In this document: piece by piece, positions 30,501 through 42,917 of the stretch
Numbering within the stretch: the first letter of the stretch is position 1
Layout: each line of letters starts with the position of its first letter
NCBI GenBank assembly: GCA_020536535.1
Contig: JAHLWZ010000812.1
Coordinates: 55,163-119,162, forward strand
Reading direction: 5' to 3'
DNA length: 64,000 nucleotides
From: Pelomyxa schiedti
Lineage: Eukaryota > Protista > Evosea
Program-made: the position numbers and the translations under genes
The notes under the pieces: model-generated
The model's database searches: none
Told to the model about the DNA's origin: nothing
What the model saw: only the letters and a program-made list of their open reading frames with translations

Positions 30501-33500
30501 TCTATCAGATCCTTTCTTTGTGGTTCGCGTGGTACCACCTGGTTATGATAAAGAAATAACTATTTATAGATCACCTGTCATTAAGTTTGTCACCTTTTCT
30601 GCTTTTCGTTACCAAACAATTTCTTACAGAAAATGTGATAATCCTAAGTGGGGCTACTTTATTTTAGATATGTCCCTTATTGGAGGTAAGAGCTCTTTTC
30701 CTTACTCTCCCATTGACTCTTTAAGGGTTGGATACCCCTTTCAAAATTTCTGTCATGGTTTTTCCACTCTCTTGTTGTAAAATATGTGATTATTTTAGGA
30801 TTGGGATGCTGATGGTGGACATGATCTCGTTGGAGAGTGCAAAATCACAATGCGAGAGTGGTGGTATAAATTCCTTATCAATTCAAGCATACACTCAGTT
30901 AAAAAAGTTTTGGCCCATACCGAAAGGCACTCATCAACCCAGACAAACTTGGACTGTAGTTTTCCACTATACTTGTTCTGTACGTTTTAAACCTTCTTAC
31001 AGGCCTGGGTACGACAGCTCAGGGGCATTTTCATGTGAAGAGATTATACCTGTTTTCGAACCTGTTGAAAAAAGGCCTTTACCAGTGGCCATTGAAGTTG
31101 TAGCTTCTTCCTTTTTCCTTTCTCATAAAGAAAAAATCTAGGTCAGTGCCTCTGCCCAGAAGTTAGAGCGAAAGGATGGGCCTCTTGGAAAAAGTGACCC
31201 TTTCTTTGTTGTTTCTGCTCAACCACCTGGCTTTCATCATGAAATTACCTTGTATAGATCAGAAGTGGTGATGAAAAACTTAAACCCTGGTTTATACCTC
31301 AAGCTTTTTTTTTAAAGTTCACGTTGATTTAGTTTGGAAGCCTTTCATGTTGAACCTTTCTGATATTGGTGGCGTGGATTCTCCTTTTACGATCACTGTT
31401 TATGACTGGGACGCTGGTATGTAAGGCTTGTTTTCCTTCTCTCTTATCGTTGTAAGATGGTGCACATGACTTAATTGGCCGACTGACAACTACCTACCGA
31501 GAGTGGATGTTTGGTCCATACCAACAAGCCTTGGTTAATCCATCCAAAAAGAACTTGTAAGTTAGGGCACCCTTCTTGTATCTCAATTTTTTCCCATTCT
31601 TAGGCCTGGGTATGAGAGTTCTGGTGCTTTTTCTGTCGACAATATAATGTTGGTCCCACAAGAGTATCGCAAATTCATTCCTGCCGCATTTCAAATAAGT
31701 CCAAGTGCTCAAAAACTAGTTGCAAAGGATATTGATGGAACATCAGGTGACCCCCTAAAAAATTATATCATAGACTAAACCACCCCCCATCAGACCCCTT
31801 CTTTGAAATCAAAGCCAAACCTCCGGGATTCACTCATCCAATTACTATTTACCGCTCCGAAGTTGTTAAGTCAAATCTCAAGCCCGTATGGAAACCATTC
31901 ATCATGAATTTGGTGGATATAACGGATCTGGATACCGAGTTTACTGTTTATATCTATGATTGGGATAAAGGTACTCATTGGTTTTCGCCTTCCTTCCTCT
32001 GAAATAAAAGCAAGATGGAGGACACGAACTGATTGGGTCAGCAAATACAATTATGAGAGAATGGATGTTTTTCCCTTACCAGTTTGCAGTCAGGTCATCG
32101 TCATCATCCAGGTATGAAAACGCCCAATGCACTCAAGGTTGGCTCAGCTTTACTAGGTCATGTGGCGCATTCTCTGTTGATTTTATGCAACCCATGCCTC
32201 CCCAATTAGTACCCTCCATTCCTCCTGCTTTCTTGGTCAAGACCAGTGCACAAAAATTAGCAATTCGAGATGTTTCTATGTCATCAGGTTTGAGACTTAT
32301 CATTTTCTGTACCCCTCATTGAAGTAGATCCTTTCTTTGAAATTCTCGTGACTCCTCCAAGCATGGGAACCCCAATTTTAATGCATAGGTCAAACGTTGT
32401 CATGAAGTCACTGAAACCAGACTGGGAACCATTCGAATTCAACCTGTCAATGGTAGGGGGTTTAGATTCTCCATTTATTGTCAACGTTTACGATTGGGTA
32501 ATTCTGCCTTACGGTTTTCTTCTCTCTGATAAGCAATCCAGGATAGAGATGGAGGTCACGACCTCATAGGAACTCTGACAACAACTTTGCGGTAGAAATT
32601 TCCTATCTTATGTTTGTTGATATTGATTTATCTCGAATAGAGAGTGGACTTTTGGACCTTACCAGCAAGCTCTTCGGCTTGGAGGGAGCTCCAGTCAAGG
32701 GGCTTTTTCTGTGGATGAAATTACACCACTCAGTTCTTCACAAATGAAGCCAATAGCAATTGCTTACGAAATAAGAACGTCTGTAGACAAGATGCCCCTT
32801 ACCACTGGTTTCAAGTAAGTTCCAACGAACATTTCTCACATGCTGTTCAGGAGCTACATTCCTTGAAGTGAAAGCACAACCATTTGGATTTGATTTCCCA
32901 ATTACAATGCATCGGAGCGAGGTTGTCAAGGATGGCAAGCATGCCCATTGGGACCCATTTGTTCTCAATGTCTTTGGTTTGTCTCTCGAGTCTTTTTTTT
33001 TTTATTTTATTTTCTGACCGGGTTCAGATATAAGGGGTCTGGATACAATATTTACACTCTCTGTTTGGGAACACCATACTGATGGCTCCCATAAAAAGTT
33101 GGGATCGTTGCACACAACACTTCGTACTTGGACTTTTGGACCGTTCCGTGAGTGTATAAGATCTGGGTCTTCTGAAGTTGGTGCTTTGTGTGTGGATGAA
33201 GTTCGACCTCTCGCAGAGAGAGTTGATAGACCCTTGTTTATTGCCTACCGTGTTCACCCATTTGGCGCAAAGCTAGCAAGAAAAGACTTGTCAGGGAAAT
33301 CAGGTATGCGTTTGAGTCTTGACACAGTTTAACTTCTCTTAGATCCGTTCTTTGAGATTCGTGTAAAATCAACTGCCAATCCCCACAAGAAATACATTAC
33401 TATCTATAGAAGTGAAGGTTAACTTTTTTTTCCCCCTGGTCGGAAATCTGATGTAGTGCCTACTCCACAGTTGTAATGAATAATCTCAACCCGTCGTGGA

Positions 33501-36500
33501 AGCCGTTTGAACTTTCCACACTAGCAGTTGGAGGATTTGACACTCCATTTGAAATCGCTGTCTTCGACTGGGATGCTGTAAATCTCCAGGTTACTTTTTC
33601 TTCCTCTAACTTTTTTGAAGGATGGTGGTCATGACTTAATTGGGAGGACCCATGTGACACTTCGTGATTGGTTATTTGGTGAATACAGGACTGAACTAAT
33701 TTCTGACAGTTCTACAGTTCTTACGTACATCTCCTGCTCTTCAACTCATTTTCACCTTGTTGGCAGTCAAGGGTCTTTTGGTGTTACACAGATGGATGGT
33801 TTGACCAGTACCGACGTTAAACCTGTTATACCTGCCTGTTTTGCTCGTGTCGGTGTTGCAAAACTTGCACCCACATGTCGAAGTATTCTCCTCCCCTTTT
33901 GTGTCAGCCCTGATAGATAACAGAACCCTTCTTTGAAATGTGGGTGAAAAAGAAATTATACTATAGAAGTAAACCAAGTAAATCGAAAAACGGAGCTGCT
34001 TCTTGGGATTCCTTCCCTATTAACATAGAGGACTTGCATGACATTGATTCCTTCTTCAAAATCAAGTACTTCCACCTCACATTAGGGATGATTTGTCTTA
34101 AATTCTGTTTTCAACAGAGTGAGGGATTTCTCTGAGAAAGGTGAACATACACACATAGGAAGTCTTCAAACAACCTTCCGCGACTGGACATTTGGTGAGT
34201 TCCGATTTGGCCTAACAAAGAAGCACCAGCTGACAGATAGGTTTAACCATTTTTTTAATCTCATTTGGTTTTTTTTGAAGTCACGTGTCTCTTCTTCAGT
34301 TCCGCAGCCTTCTGCATTGAAGCCATTGAACCAAGAAACGGCCGCCTATATCCATTTACTTTGGATGGTTTACCTACCGACTATGTCCCTCCTGCTTTTA
34401 CACTTTCGTGTTCTGGTGTCAGCCTTGACAGGAAAGATGTGACTGGGAAGTCAGGTGATGCCAAAACACCCTATCCTCTTTAGTCTGATCTGTACCCAGA
34501 TCCGTTCTTCAAAATTATTGGAACACCTTCAGGATTCAGTTCCCCAATTACGTTGTACAGGTTTCTACATATAATATTTTCAATTGCTTAAATGGCATAA
34601 CAGGTCTGAAGTGATAAGAAATACATTGAAACCGAAGTGGGCACCGTGTAACATCAACACAGACTGGGTACTTGGTCTTGACGGTTCATTTACCGTTTCA
34701 GTGCTTGATTGGGATGCCGGTTTGCAATTCATTCTTTGTGCCAATTTAACTACTATAGATGGAGATCACGATGAAATTGGCACCGCTAAAGTCACACTTA
34801 GAGATATAATTCACAATGGTTTCTCGTTTCCTCTCAAGTATGAACCTCTCTCGATTCTAGGGAATGACGAAATTTCAGAGGCCCAAAGCTTGGCTTAAAT
34901 TCAGGTGCGTTCAAGATTGATAAACCAGTTGGGCTTGCACAGAAAGTGGAATCAGTTCAATCAGCTCCCGCCTTCCAGATCCAAATGTCTGCACGAAAGT
35001 TGCCTACAATGGATGGAATACGGCTAAAGTCTGGTACCGAACTGACTCGCTTATTTGCAAGTTTAACCTGAATGCAGATCCGTTCTTCACGATAAAAGCG
35101 CAACCAAGTGGCTACTCTAAGGAAATTGTGGTCTACCGGTCCGAAGTTATACCAAACACACTGGAACCTGCCTGGAAGCCTTTCGTAATTGGCACGGCAG
35201 ATATTCCATTTGATTCCACCTTTGAAATCTCCGTGTTTGATGCCGATCCAGGTTCTTTCAGTTGAAACCTTCGGATTACAAAGTAACAGGATTGAACAGA
35301 TGGAGGACACGATCTCATTGGCCAGTTGAGCACAACTCTGAGAGAAATTTCGTTTGGAAATGTTCAAATGGCTTTACATAAGCACCTTCGTGTTGGAAGG
35401 TTTACCCAGTTTCTTTTTTTTTTCCAGCACTAATGCAAGAAGTCGTGGATGCGTATCATTTGATGTTGTGCAGCCTTTGCCCTCATTTACCAGACCAGTT
35501 TTCGCCGAGGCATACACCTTCAGCATGAAAGCAGCCAAGTTGAATTCTTCAGTTTCAGTAGCTCCTGTTACTTGTAGTTTCGATCGTTGTACTTCTTACA
35601 CTTATCACTCTATCCAGCTGCTTTCTTCGAAATTACCAGTTGCCCAAAAAATAGCCGCACAGCACTTGTCATGTATAGGAGCCTCCCTGTTGCCTCTCCA
35701 AAGTTCTCTTGGAGTGATTTCACACTCTCAGTTGCCCAATTAGGGGATCCAGACACTCCGTTCACTATCACTGTGTACTCCTTTAAGGAGAATGGTGCCC
35801 ACCAGTTTGTCGGGGATGTGACCACGAACTTGAGGGAATGTGCTTTGTTTGGCCCCTATTTAATTGGATTGCACGATCCCTCTCTGCTTAACTTGTAAGT
35901 TACCACGGTTCTGATAACTGGCTGAAGTGTTTCTTCCAGGTTGAAGCCAACACGACCAGGAACTTTGCTCATAGAGTCTGTCTCTCCCGCACCGTTGGCC
36001 AATGTTCCCGCAATGCCGGTCGCAATTCAACTCGATTGTTCTGGTTTAGGATTTGAGAATAAGGACGCTGCTGGTTTAATCCAGTCTGGTCAGTTCTTAC
36101 TTCGTTTTCTACATTCCGACCTCTCTTTTAGACCCATTCTTTGAAGTTCGGCGACTCAAAGGAGTTTTACTTTATCGATCTGAAATGATAAAGAACAACT
36201 CTAACCCTGTTTGGAGGCAGTTCACTCTTAGGTATCCTTCTGATACAAGGGTACTCCCATTTACAATTAACAGCCATCAATTTTCTGGAGGCGTGGACTC
36301 TCCCCTCGAGATCATTGCCTATGATTGGGTAGGGTACTTCCTTTCTAGAAAGAATGTACCCTAATTTTTCTTTCAGGACAAGGATGGGCACCATGACCTT
36401 ATCGGCAGTTTTGTTACAACGTACCGTGACCTGGCTTTGGGTTCTCTGACTCGACCTTTGAAAAACGAAAATAAAGTTTTGAGGTATCGGATGCTCCTGT

Positions 36501-39389
36501 CACTTCTTCTCATATTTTCGCTACTTCAGTATTGGGTATAAAAGTTCTGGTGGCTTTAACTTCCGGGTTACACCACTCCCAACATACACGGAGGTTTCTC
36601 TGAGCATGCAAGCCTTTAAACTTTGTGCTGCTGCAGCCAAATTGATTTTCCCCCTTACAGACCTGAAAAAAGGTTCCTGATCCGCATTGTCTTTCGTCTA
36701 CTTAACTTTCCCAGTTCCGTTCTTCGAAGTTCGTGTTGGAGCTAAAGGCAAAAAACGCTTAATTTACCGTTCCGGTAGGAAAAAAAAACCACCCAACATA
36801 TTTCGTGTTTAATGGTTTCGCAGCTGTAGCCCAGGAAAACATGGAATGGGCACCTTTCACCCTAAATATTAATGATGTTGGTGGCATTGATGGATACCTC
36901 CACATATGGTACAAGCAAAACCCTAAATACGATTCTTCTTTTTTAAAAAAATTAAAGGGTGTGGAACCAATCTCCAAAGGGAGACCACTTGCTCATAGGC
37001 AAACTAAAAACTACTCTGCGCGAAATGACTTTTGGTTTACCGTACTCAATGAGATTAGTGAACAAGGAACACCAAAAGCTTAGGTATTTTTTCGTTCTTT
37101 TCCATTCTCTTATTACTTTAAAAAATAGACCTGGTTACACCAGTTCTGGTGCGTTCATCATTACACTAGCAGATCCCCTTCCATCTCCTGTTCCGTTCTC
37201 TCTCCCTCCCGCCTTGCGAATCACCCCAAGTGGAATTTCCCTCAAGAAGAGCGGCATAGTAGAGCGTAGGTTTGGTATGGGAAAAACCAAAGAAAGATAA
37301 CAACAGACTAACTTTTCACAGCACCATTCTTTGAGATAATGGCACCTCTGGGATCTAGCCAAATTGGATTTGCACTTGTTTACCGCAGCAAAGTCTATGG
37401 GCTTGAGGATTCCTCAGCCGGGCCAGATTCTGTGCCCCAGTGGCAGCCGTTTGAATTGAGTCCGGAGAGAGTTGGAGGATGGGATACAGAGTTCTTTATC
37501 AACTGTTATCATTGGGATAGTGTACGTTCCTTTACATTTATTTATTGCTCATGGTTTTTCTTGTAGGATGGAACGCATGATTTGATTGGTAAAACGCACA
37601 CCACACTTCGGGAGCTTCTGTTTGGCCCGTACACACTATGCCTTGAACCAGAAGACCGAACCCCACTTCAGAGCAAGTCCGCTGGGGGCCTGCAGCTTGC
37701 GGCAGAATTCCTTCCAGTGGCATCTCCTTTTATCATACCACCTGGTGTTGTCATAACGTGGGTAGCTCCTCTCATTTCTTAAACTTACTCCTCGAGAAGT
37801 GTGAATGGACTTAAACTCGATATTGGAAAAGGGGTGTGGTTTGAAATGTGGCTGATAGGTCCTGGCGTACAAGAGACTATAATCTACCGGTTTTTAGACT
37901 TAACCTCACCCGTAGTTCTTATTTTTTCTAGATCAGAGTCTGTGGATGGCCACTCTCCTCAATGGAGACCTTCAGAGATTTGGCCAGCACAGTGGCTTAC
38001 TATGGATAATCTATGGAGATGCATTTTCAATGTGCCCTCCCTCCAAGGTTCTTTTAATATCTGAATCATTTCTCCAGATTCATGTGTACGGATGGAATCA
38101 CAACCAAATTGAGCATGTAGGAAGCTCTATGTGTAGCTATCAGGACTTTTTATTTGGCTCTTGGACCGGCACTCTAATCAATAAGCGCAAGAAGAAACAG
38201 TGAGATTCCTCTGTAACATTGTAGTAATAATGTACACCCCAGCGGAATTGGATACAAGAATTCTGGAGGAATCCAATTCCATGTAACTACTCCCACAAGA
38301 CCAATGCCAACCCTCAGCAACGCATGTGAATATGCAGTTACATTTGACGTTCACCACGTTTCGAAAGACTCACAAGGTGCACCCCCTCCCGTTTTGGCTC
38401 GTTTCCCTTACTTCACAAATGAAACCAGCCATGGCCTTGTCTGTATGCGGAAAATCAACAAATGGAAAGGAGGTTGTACTTTGCTCGGAGCCCTGTCCCA
38501 CACCCCTTGGACAGTGCACTGTTATCGTACCGTTCGAATCAGTTTCTGGTCCCTCTTCAAAGATATCAGTGAAACTGTCTCTCACAACAAATACACACTG
38601 GATACACGATAAAATCTGCACACTTTCATTCAAAACGTCTTTGTTGCAGCTGGCTCTCCCTGGCTTCTCGGCTTCAGTAAAGATTCCTCGAAAGCTTTTG
38701 AAGATTGCCAATCCTCTCGAACCCAAGTATACATCCCCCGCCACCAACCAGCCTTCTCTGATGCCCTTAATTTTCTATCATCCAGGCCTGCACTTGCAAC
38801 TGTATCTGTGGTGTCCTGTGTACCCCGGAGTGTGGCAATTCCGGGCTACGCCTTTACACTCCAAGCTTCAGGCCTCCCTCGGGCTGATGCTCTCACCGAT
38901 TTATCAGGTCCGATTTTCCCACTGTCACATCAGAACTCTAATTATAACACAAAGACCCATTCGTGCAAGTCAAGGCAGAAAAGGGACAAGTGATTCACAC
39001 AAGTGAAGTGCACAACCAGGACCTCAACCCCAAATTCGCGCCGTTTGTTGTTGACATTGCGGCTGTCGGGGGCATGGATGCAATTCTCACATTCAATGTG
39101 ATGGACTATGATCCAAGTGGCACCCCAGATTTCCTCGGTTCTTGCTCAATGTGCCTGAGAAGGATGATTCAACTGCAGCAGCTTCCTCTATGGAATTCTG
39201 TCAAGGCTGCTAGGTATTTACACTACTACACAGAACGAATTCTGGATAAGCCACTCACTAATTGATTTTAGGTTGACTGACTACAATGGATCCGGGTATC
39301 TCAAGGTGATTGCCGCACAACCAGCAACCAACCTCCCACCACTTCCTGCACCTCATGCTTTCTACTGTCCTCAGCCTCTCAGTTCATAA
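24582..39389 (+). CDS. Giant protein: N-terminal PH-like domain + about 25 tandem copine-type C2 domains
   Basis: A recurring unit K-L-x2-D-x3-4-SDPFF...YRSEV.K..L.P.W..F...GG.D....VYDWD.DG.HDLIG....TLRE...G repeats every ~500-680 bp from ~25280 to ~39330. ATG at 24582, TAA at 39387-39389, many short introns. Confidence 0.88.
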
Positions 39390-39460
39390 CCACTTGGGTT
39401 TTGTTTTTGGAAGAGAAGAAATTGAATAAATCTATTCAACAAACCAAAATGTTTCGAATT

Positions 39461-41068
39461 TTAGCTTCCCTGAGGTGGAGATGGTAGTGTTGTGTGAATA
39501 AGTGAAGCAAAGCTTGTGGTTACTGGCTCGGAGCTTGCAGTGGTGCTACTTGTGTCAGTGTGTTTGGAATCCTTCATTTCCAAGCACTTGTGTTTGGTTG
39601 AGAGGTCTTGGACCTCCAAAACGCGGGCCCATTTGGCCCCTGGGGGAGGTTCTTCCATTACCTCGTAAACTACATTCAGTGTGTCAACGCAAACTCCATA
39701 GACACACATAGAGTGCTTAGAGCGCATGTGTGCAGACCGCGGGTCCAGCCGTATCACCTCCGTGATTGCACTCATGGCTTCTTCTGAGCCGGAGTAGAAC
39801 CGCAAGTGCGGGGCAGCGGTCTGGAGTTGTAATGTTGCATTTGGGGTCCATTCCACTCGGCTGAAATCAGCGAAGTCTGCTGAGCCACCGCCTGCAACCC
39901 AGCCGGGTATTCTGACACTGGATTGTGGGGCGCTATCGGCTGCGGGTATGTAGGGTTTTATATCCAGTATGGGGGTTCCGTTAACGAGGTCTATCCCGCT
40001 CAGGCGGAGTGAACCTTCATCAAAGTTGACGCTGTCAATGGCGGCAAGAGTCAACCCGATGCAGTTGGGTCTGTGGGGTGATCTTGTTGCCAATGTGCCG
40101 AGCTTGTGGATTCGTCCACCCCCAATTCCTTTTCCACCTAGTTTTGGGGGAGACACCACAGGGTGATAACTTGTGTTGACATTTGCGTGGAAAGCAAACA
40201 CCACCCAAATGTGTGAGAACGAATCAATTCCTCTCAGAGCATTCTTTGGGTCAATTCTGGGATCCAGGAAAATCGTAGCTTTGGCGTGTGGTGCCAGTCC
40301 GCCCTGCCTTGGGCAGCCATTCAGCTCAGGGAATATTGATGAAACAATTCCAATTGAGGTAAATGAGAAAGTTTGTGTCTTATGAGGGTGAGGATGCACT
40401 TTTGGGGTCTTTTTAGGTTTTTGATTACCAGAGGGTTGAGTGCTACTTCTGTGTTAACGTTATTCTACACTCTTAGCTTGAAAAATAATAAGATAACTTT
40501 GGTTGGTCTTTGATTCTATTATCAATATTGATGCATTTTTCCCCCTCCCACAATACCTCTGTGCTCTTTCCGTAATTTTCAGTCCTGTCTGCGTTGATGC
40601 GACATTTTCTCCGATTTGCTCCTGCTGTGGTGACTGTCTTTGGTGGTCAGGAGTCGTTGCCTGCTCTTGTCGAGGCGAAATTACGCTGGCTACCGCGGCG
40701 TCGTTTGTCTGCCGCTGCGTCCCACAATCGCGTTCGCCACCTTCTCGCGCTCCTCTGGCCTCCTCGCTCCTTGCTGTGCCTTGGACGCTGCCCGAGCAGG
40801 CGCCGCCTCCGACGTGCGCCGCAGGGGGCGTCAGCGATTCTGTAGGCGCCGCCGAGAGCGCGGAGGTGCACGTCGCGCAGCGGGCCTGCGCGGCCGACAG
40901 GTGGCGGTCCAGCTGCCGCGAGAGACCAAGGACCAGCCGCGAGATCTCCCCCGCCCGCGCCCTCTGCCGCGCGTCCGCCCGCAGCGCCTCGCACACCGCG
41001 CCCGTCGCGCCCGCCAGTGCCTCCATGGCCTCTCGGGCCTTGCCCACCGCACCAAGTAGCGCCGACAT
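39461..41068 (-). CDS. TRMO: TsaA/TrmO-family tRNA (m6t6A37) methyltransferase with an N-terminal coiled-coil-like extension
   Basis: IGIVSSIFPELNGCPRQG, GIDSFSHIWVVFAFH, GTLATRSPHRPNCIGLT, GIDLVNGTPILDIKPYIP, DPRS. Confidence 0.93.
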
Positions 41069-41203
41069 CCAATGAACCGAATCTGATCGGACTTGGGGAA
41101 AAGGCGGCTTGCCCGTTCTGAACCCCATTGCGGAGCCTCAGTTGCAGGGTGCATAAATCTCACAAAGAAACCGAACTACTACGATTCACATAAAGCAATT
41201 CTC
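41069..41203. promoter_or_regulatory. Putative bidirectional promoter between TrmO and YCII
   Basis: Only 135 bp separate the two divergent ATGs; a CCAAT-like sequence is present at ~41069. Confidence 0.5.
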
Positions 41204-41566
41204 ATGAGTGCTGAACAACAGGGACCAACAACCCCGCCCGGACTCAGCGTGCAGACCCTCTGGGTGCTGACGTACCAGCCGCACCCGGACCACAAGGCCA
41301 TCTCGGCGCCCTACCTCCCGCAGCACTTTGCCCACCTGCGCGCCGCCTCGGACGAGGGCAAGCTCCTCCTGGGCGGCCTCCTCGTCCCTCCCCCGCCGCG
41401 CCCCGACGGCGCCCCGGCGTACAACGACGCCGCCCTCTGCGTGTTCTCCACCCAGGAGGGCGCCGAGGCCTTCGCTCGGGCCGACCCCCTCGTCATCCAC
41501 GGCGCTGTGCTCAATTGGTTCGTCAGGCAGTGGAACGTAGTAGTTGGCGCCTGGCACAAGCCGTAA
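41204..41566 (+). CDS. YCII-related domain protein, intronless
   Basis: PQHFAHLRAASDEGKLLLGG, AALCVF, AEAFARADPLVIHGAVLNWFVRQWNVVVG match the YciI pattern. Confidence 0.9.
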   Translation: MSAEQQGPTTPPGLSVQTLWVLTYQPHPDHKAISAPYLPQHFAHLRAASDEGKLLLGGLLVPPPPRPDGAPAYNDAALCVFSTQEGAEAFARADPLVIHGAVLNWFVRQWNVVVGAWHKP

Positions 41567-42329
41567 TCCTGTTGCACAAGGCCTGAGAGCAGGTGCTCAA
41601 CGAAAAGAAAAAAAAGACACCCGATTTCTCTTTTTCTAATCTATTGGTACGTCGTGGTTCTGGTCCGCTGTCATCATCCCAACAAGAACCTCCTTCATCT
41701 GGTTTTGAATGCTGTTGTCCTTGTGAAAGAAACCTTGTCTGTCGGTGCTCCACAGTCTCCCCCTGGACAGAACCCTCCAAGTTCCAGGCATCCTGTGGTG
41801 AGCCCTTTGACTTTTTTGACGAACTACCCAAACACCTTCATCGTGTACAGCCTGTGCCACGTCCCTTTTCCCCACAACTGTACTGCCTTGTCAGGCACCA
41901 GAACCACGACGTCGTTTTTGTAACCGACTTGAGCTCCAAGTTCAAGGAGAATATTGCCTCTAGCTGTTCCAATTTGGCATCGCGGCATTTGTGTGTGAAG
42001 CCTAATTCTATTTAAGTCAATGACATCACTATTAAAACCTTTTCTACACCTGAATGACAACACATCATTGCCTGTGCTCCCACATGATACTCCCACAGAG
42101 CTACAAGTAGCTTTTTCTTCCTTGATGAAAGAAGAAGAACATGTTGTGGGTGTGACCTCAGTTGAGGTAACAGATGTGGGGGTGGGCACTCCATGTTCAT
42201 CTGGTGTGGATGAACACACAAAGTGTCAAATGACTGGAGTGGCCATTTTACACAGGAAATGATAGGTGACCGCCCTAAATTACATCATGTGGTTTTTCCT
42301 CTATGTAAAATGACCGTCCCTGGCCTCCA

Positions 42330-42724
42330 GATATGCTGGTATGTGGACGCTGGGGGCTTGCTGTTTGTGGTGCACGCACCACCCGACAGTGGCAACATAC
42401 ACATCACCAGGGTGGACCCCGGCTCCCTCGCAATCTTGCAGACGTGGGTGGTGCCGCGCGCCAAGAGGCAGACAGGCTATATGCGTTTGTTGTGCGTGGG
42501 AGGTTCTACTTTGGAAAGGCATACCACAGCAGGGAGATCGATCGGGGTGTATGACACAGCGACTGGTGTTTACGAAGTATGACACTTACAGAAACTCGCT
42601 CCCGACTTCCGGCACCTACGTGCTCCTGACATCGTGGATCCCGTCAACAAACCAGCTCCTCGTTGTCGACCGCATTGCCTCGTCAGAGTACGACTTCTTC
42701 ATCTTTGATGACGTGTCTCTGTGA
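42330..42724 (+). pseudogene. Frameshifted, 5'-truncated olfactomedin-like (OLF) domain fragment
   Basis: Joining frames across small indels at ~42480, ~42543 and ~42577 gives VDAGGLLFVVHA..SGNIHITRVDPGSLAILQTW..AKRQTGY/AFVVRGRFYFGKAYHSREID/GVYDTATG../..LTSWIPSTNQLLVVD, resembling the C-terminal half of OLF domains. Confidence 0.65.
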
Positions 42725-42917
42725 ACGGATCTGTATCAAGGTGTGGGTCAGCCCAAACCTGTCAAGTATTACAAAATTGATTCAGAGGACTGGTTTTTCC
42801 TTTTCTTCACATATTTCTTTCCTTCACTTGCACAACAACAATAATTTTCAAGTGGCATTGAGCACGCAACACGTCAATGGTGCCCCAGTTTGAAAATAAG
42901 GATCCCTTATTGTTATT

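Noticed and set aside
24582-39389. A tandem array of separate copine genes
   Set aside because: No vWA domain, no intergenic-like gaps and no repeated start/stop structure were seen; short Pro-rich linkers connect the C2 units. This was not verified at every junction.
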